Shown here: in pieces, positions 63,704 to 64,000 of the stretch
How positions within the stretch are numbered: position 1 is the first letter of the stretch
Layout: every line of letters starts with the position of its first letter
Assembly: GCA_049596615.1 (NCBI GenBank)
Contig: JBMYLT010000009.1
Location: 67,768 to 131,767 of the forward strand
DNA: 64,000 bases
Origin: Akkermansiaceae bacterium
GTDB taxonomy: Bacteria; Verrucomicrobiota; Verrucomicrobiia; Verrucomicrobiales; Akkermansiaceae
Direction of reading: 5' to 3'
Notes under the pieces: generated by a model
What the model saw: the letters and a program-made list of their open reading frames with translations, nothing else
Databases searched by the model: none
Told to the model about the DNA's origin: nothing
Position numbers and translations under genes: made by a program

Positions 63704-64000
63704 TCTGTCTTGCGCCGTAGTCTGGGCCCAAAGATTGCCGATCCCACTCTGACAATCGTCGAGCCTTCCTCAATCGCCACCTCGAAATCTCCGCTCATTC
63801 CCATGCTCAATCCCTCAAACGCTTTCCCTGCCCGGGTCTCAAGCTCTTCTTGCAATTCGCGAACCCTAGCGAACCAAGGGCGGGCTTCCTCAGCAGTTTC
63901 AACCCAAGGCGGAATACACATCAAACCCTGCACCTCGAGATTCTCCATCGAAAGCACCTCTGCCAGGCTTTCCCGAAGATCGTCTGAAGAAAAGCCATGC
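63700..64000 (-). CDS. yggS: YggS-family PLP-binding protein, 3' part only (the gene runs off the window end)
   Basis: '[11 protein letters not shown]' and '[28 protein letters not shown]' form the YggS C-terminus. The reading frame stays open to position 64000. Confidence 0.8.
   Translation of the reverse strand, partial: HGFSSDDLRESLAEVLSMENLEVQGLMCIPPWVETAEEARPWFARVRELQEELETRAGKAFEGLSMGMSGDFEVAIEEGSTIVRVGSAIFGPRLRRKTE

Noticed and set aside
1-64000. CRISPR arrays, tRNA or rRNA genes, integrases or recombinases, and intact transposases.
   Set aside because: Reading both strands, I found no regularly spaced direct repeats, no tRNA-like T-arm or acceptor patterns in the intergenic regions, and no rRNA-like stretches. 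There is also no intact mobility gene, only the ~35-codon IS3 orfA stub. This was a by-eye scan only, so a tRNAscan, Infernal or CRISPR-finder run could still overturn it.

Overview
The window is a dense chromosomal segment of about 50 protein genes. I found no rRNA, tRNA or CRISPR array by eye. The gene content suggests a polysaccharide-degrading member of the PVC superphylum, most likely Verrucomicrobiota. This is an inference from two PEP-CTERM tails, a DUF1592/DUF1552 pair, Tat-signal Gfo/Idh/MocA oxidoreductases, two formylglycine-type sulfatases and a roughly 2000-aa lamin-tail/CotH surface protein.

Layout:
- (1) 0.4-7.5 kb: an amino-sugar block. It holds an exported SGNH-oxidoreductase fusion, a Tat oxidoreductase, and a tightly coupled nagB / oxidoreductase / nagA-like / NRAMP-fold transporter operon.
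- (2) 7.6-10.3 kb: secreted PEP-CTERM and PPC-repeat proteins.
- (3) 10.8-19.8 kb: one long minus-strand array. It runs DUF1552, DUF1592, an FAH-type 2-keto-3-deoxypentonate dehydratase, a YjhG/YagF-type xylonate dehydratase, an SGNH esterase and a sulfatase.
- (4) 20-25.7 kb: an HGSNAT-like membrane acetyltransferase, a LamG remnant, and an AraC/AraD-like (IlvD plus DapA family) pentonate module with a GntP permease.
- (5) 25.7-29.1 kb: a decayed accessory patch. It holds an IS3 orfA remnant, a LamG remnant, a uvrB N-terminal fragment and a DUF1080 fragment, interleaved with an intact acyltransferase-3 and an arrestin/Spo0M-like membrane protein.
- (6) 29-36.6 kb: an M28-PDZ peptidase, a sulfatase-HEAT protein, an SSS symporter and galK.
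- (7) 36.6-50 kb: ligand-binding-fold proteins, a PQQ-like propeller, an exported ATP-grasp (PPDK_N)-only protein, yaaA, an exported thioredoxin-like protein and the giant LTD/CotH/PKD protein.
- (8) 50-64 kb: MMPL/LolA-like, engB, a secreted-repeat plus PEP-CTERM operon, accB-accC-thiE-pfkB, an ABC-2 transporter three-gene module, DUF971 and a partial yggS.

The observations I rate highest are these:
- An NRAMP-fold transporter that has lost all recognisable metal ligands and is translationally coupled into the amino-sugar operon.
- A signal-peptide-bearing ATP-grasp-only PEP/pyruvate-binding protein close to a secreted CotH kinase-fold giant.
- A short beta-type terminal module that recurs in four otherwise unrelated secreted proteins.
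- The gene-remnant patch at 25.7-29.1 kb.

All calls rest on reading the translated ORFs against remembered family motifs. No searches were run.
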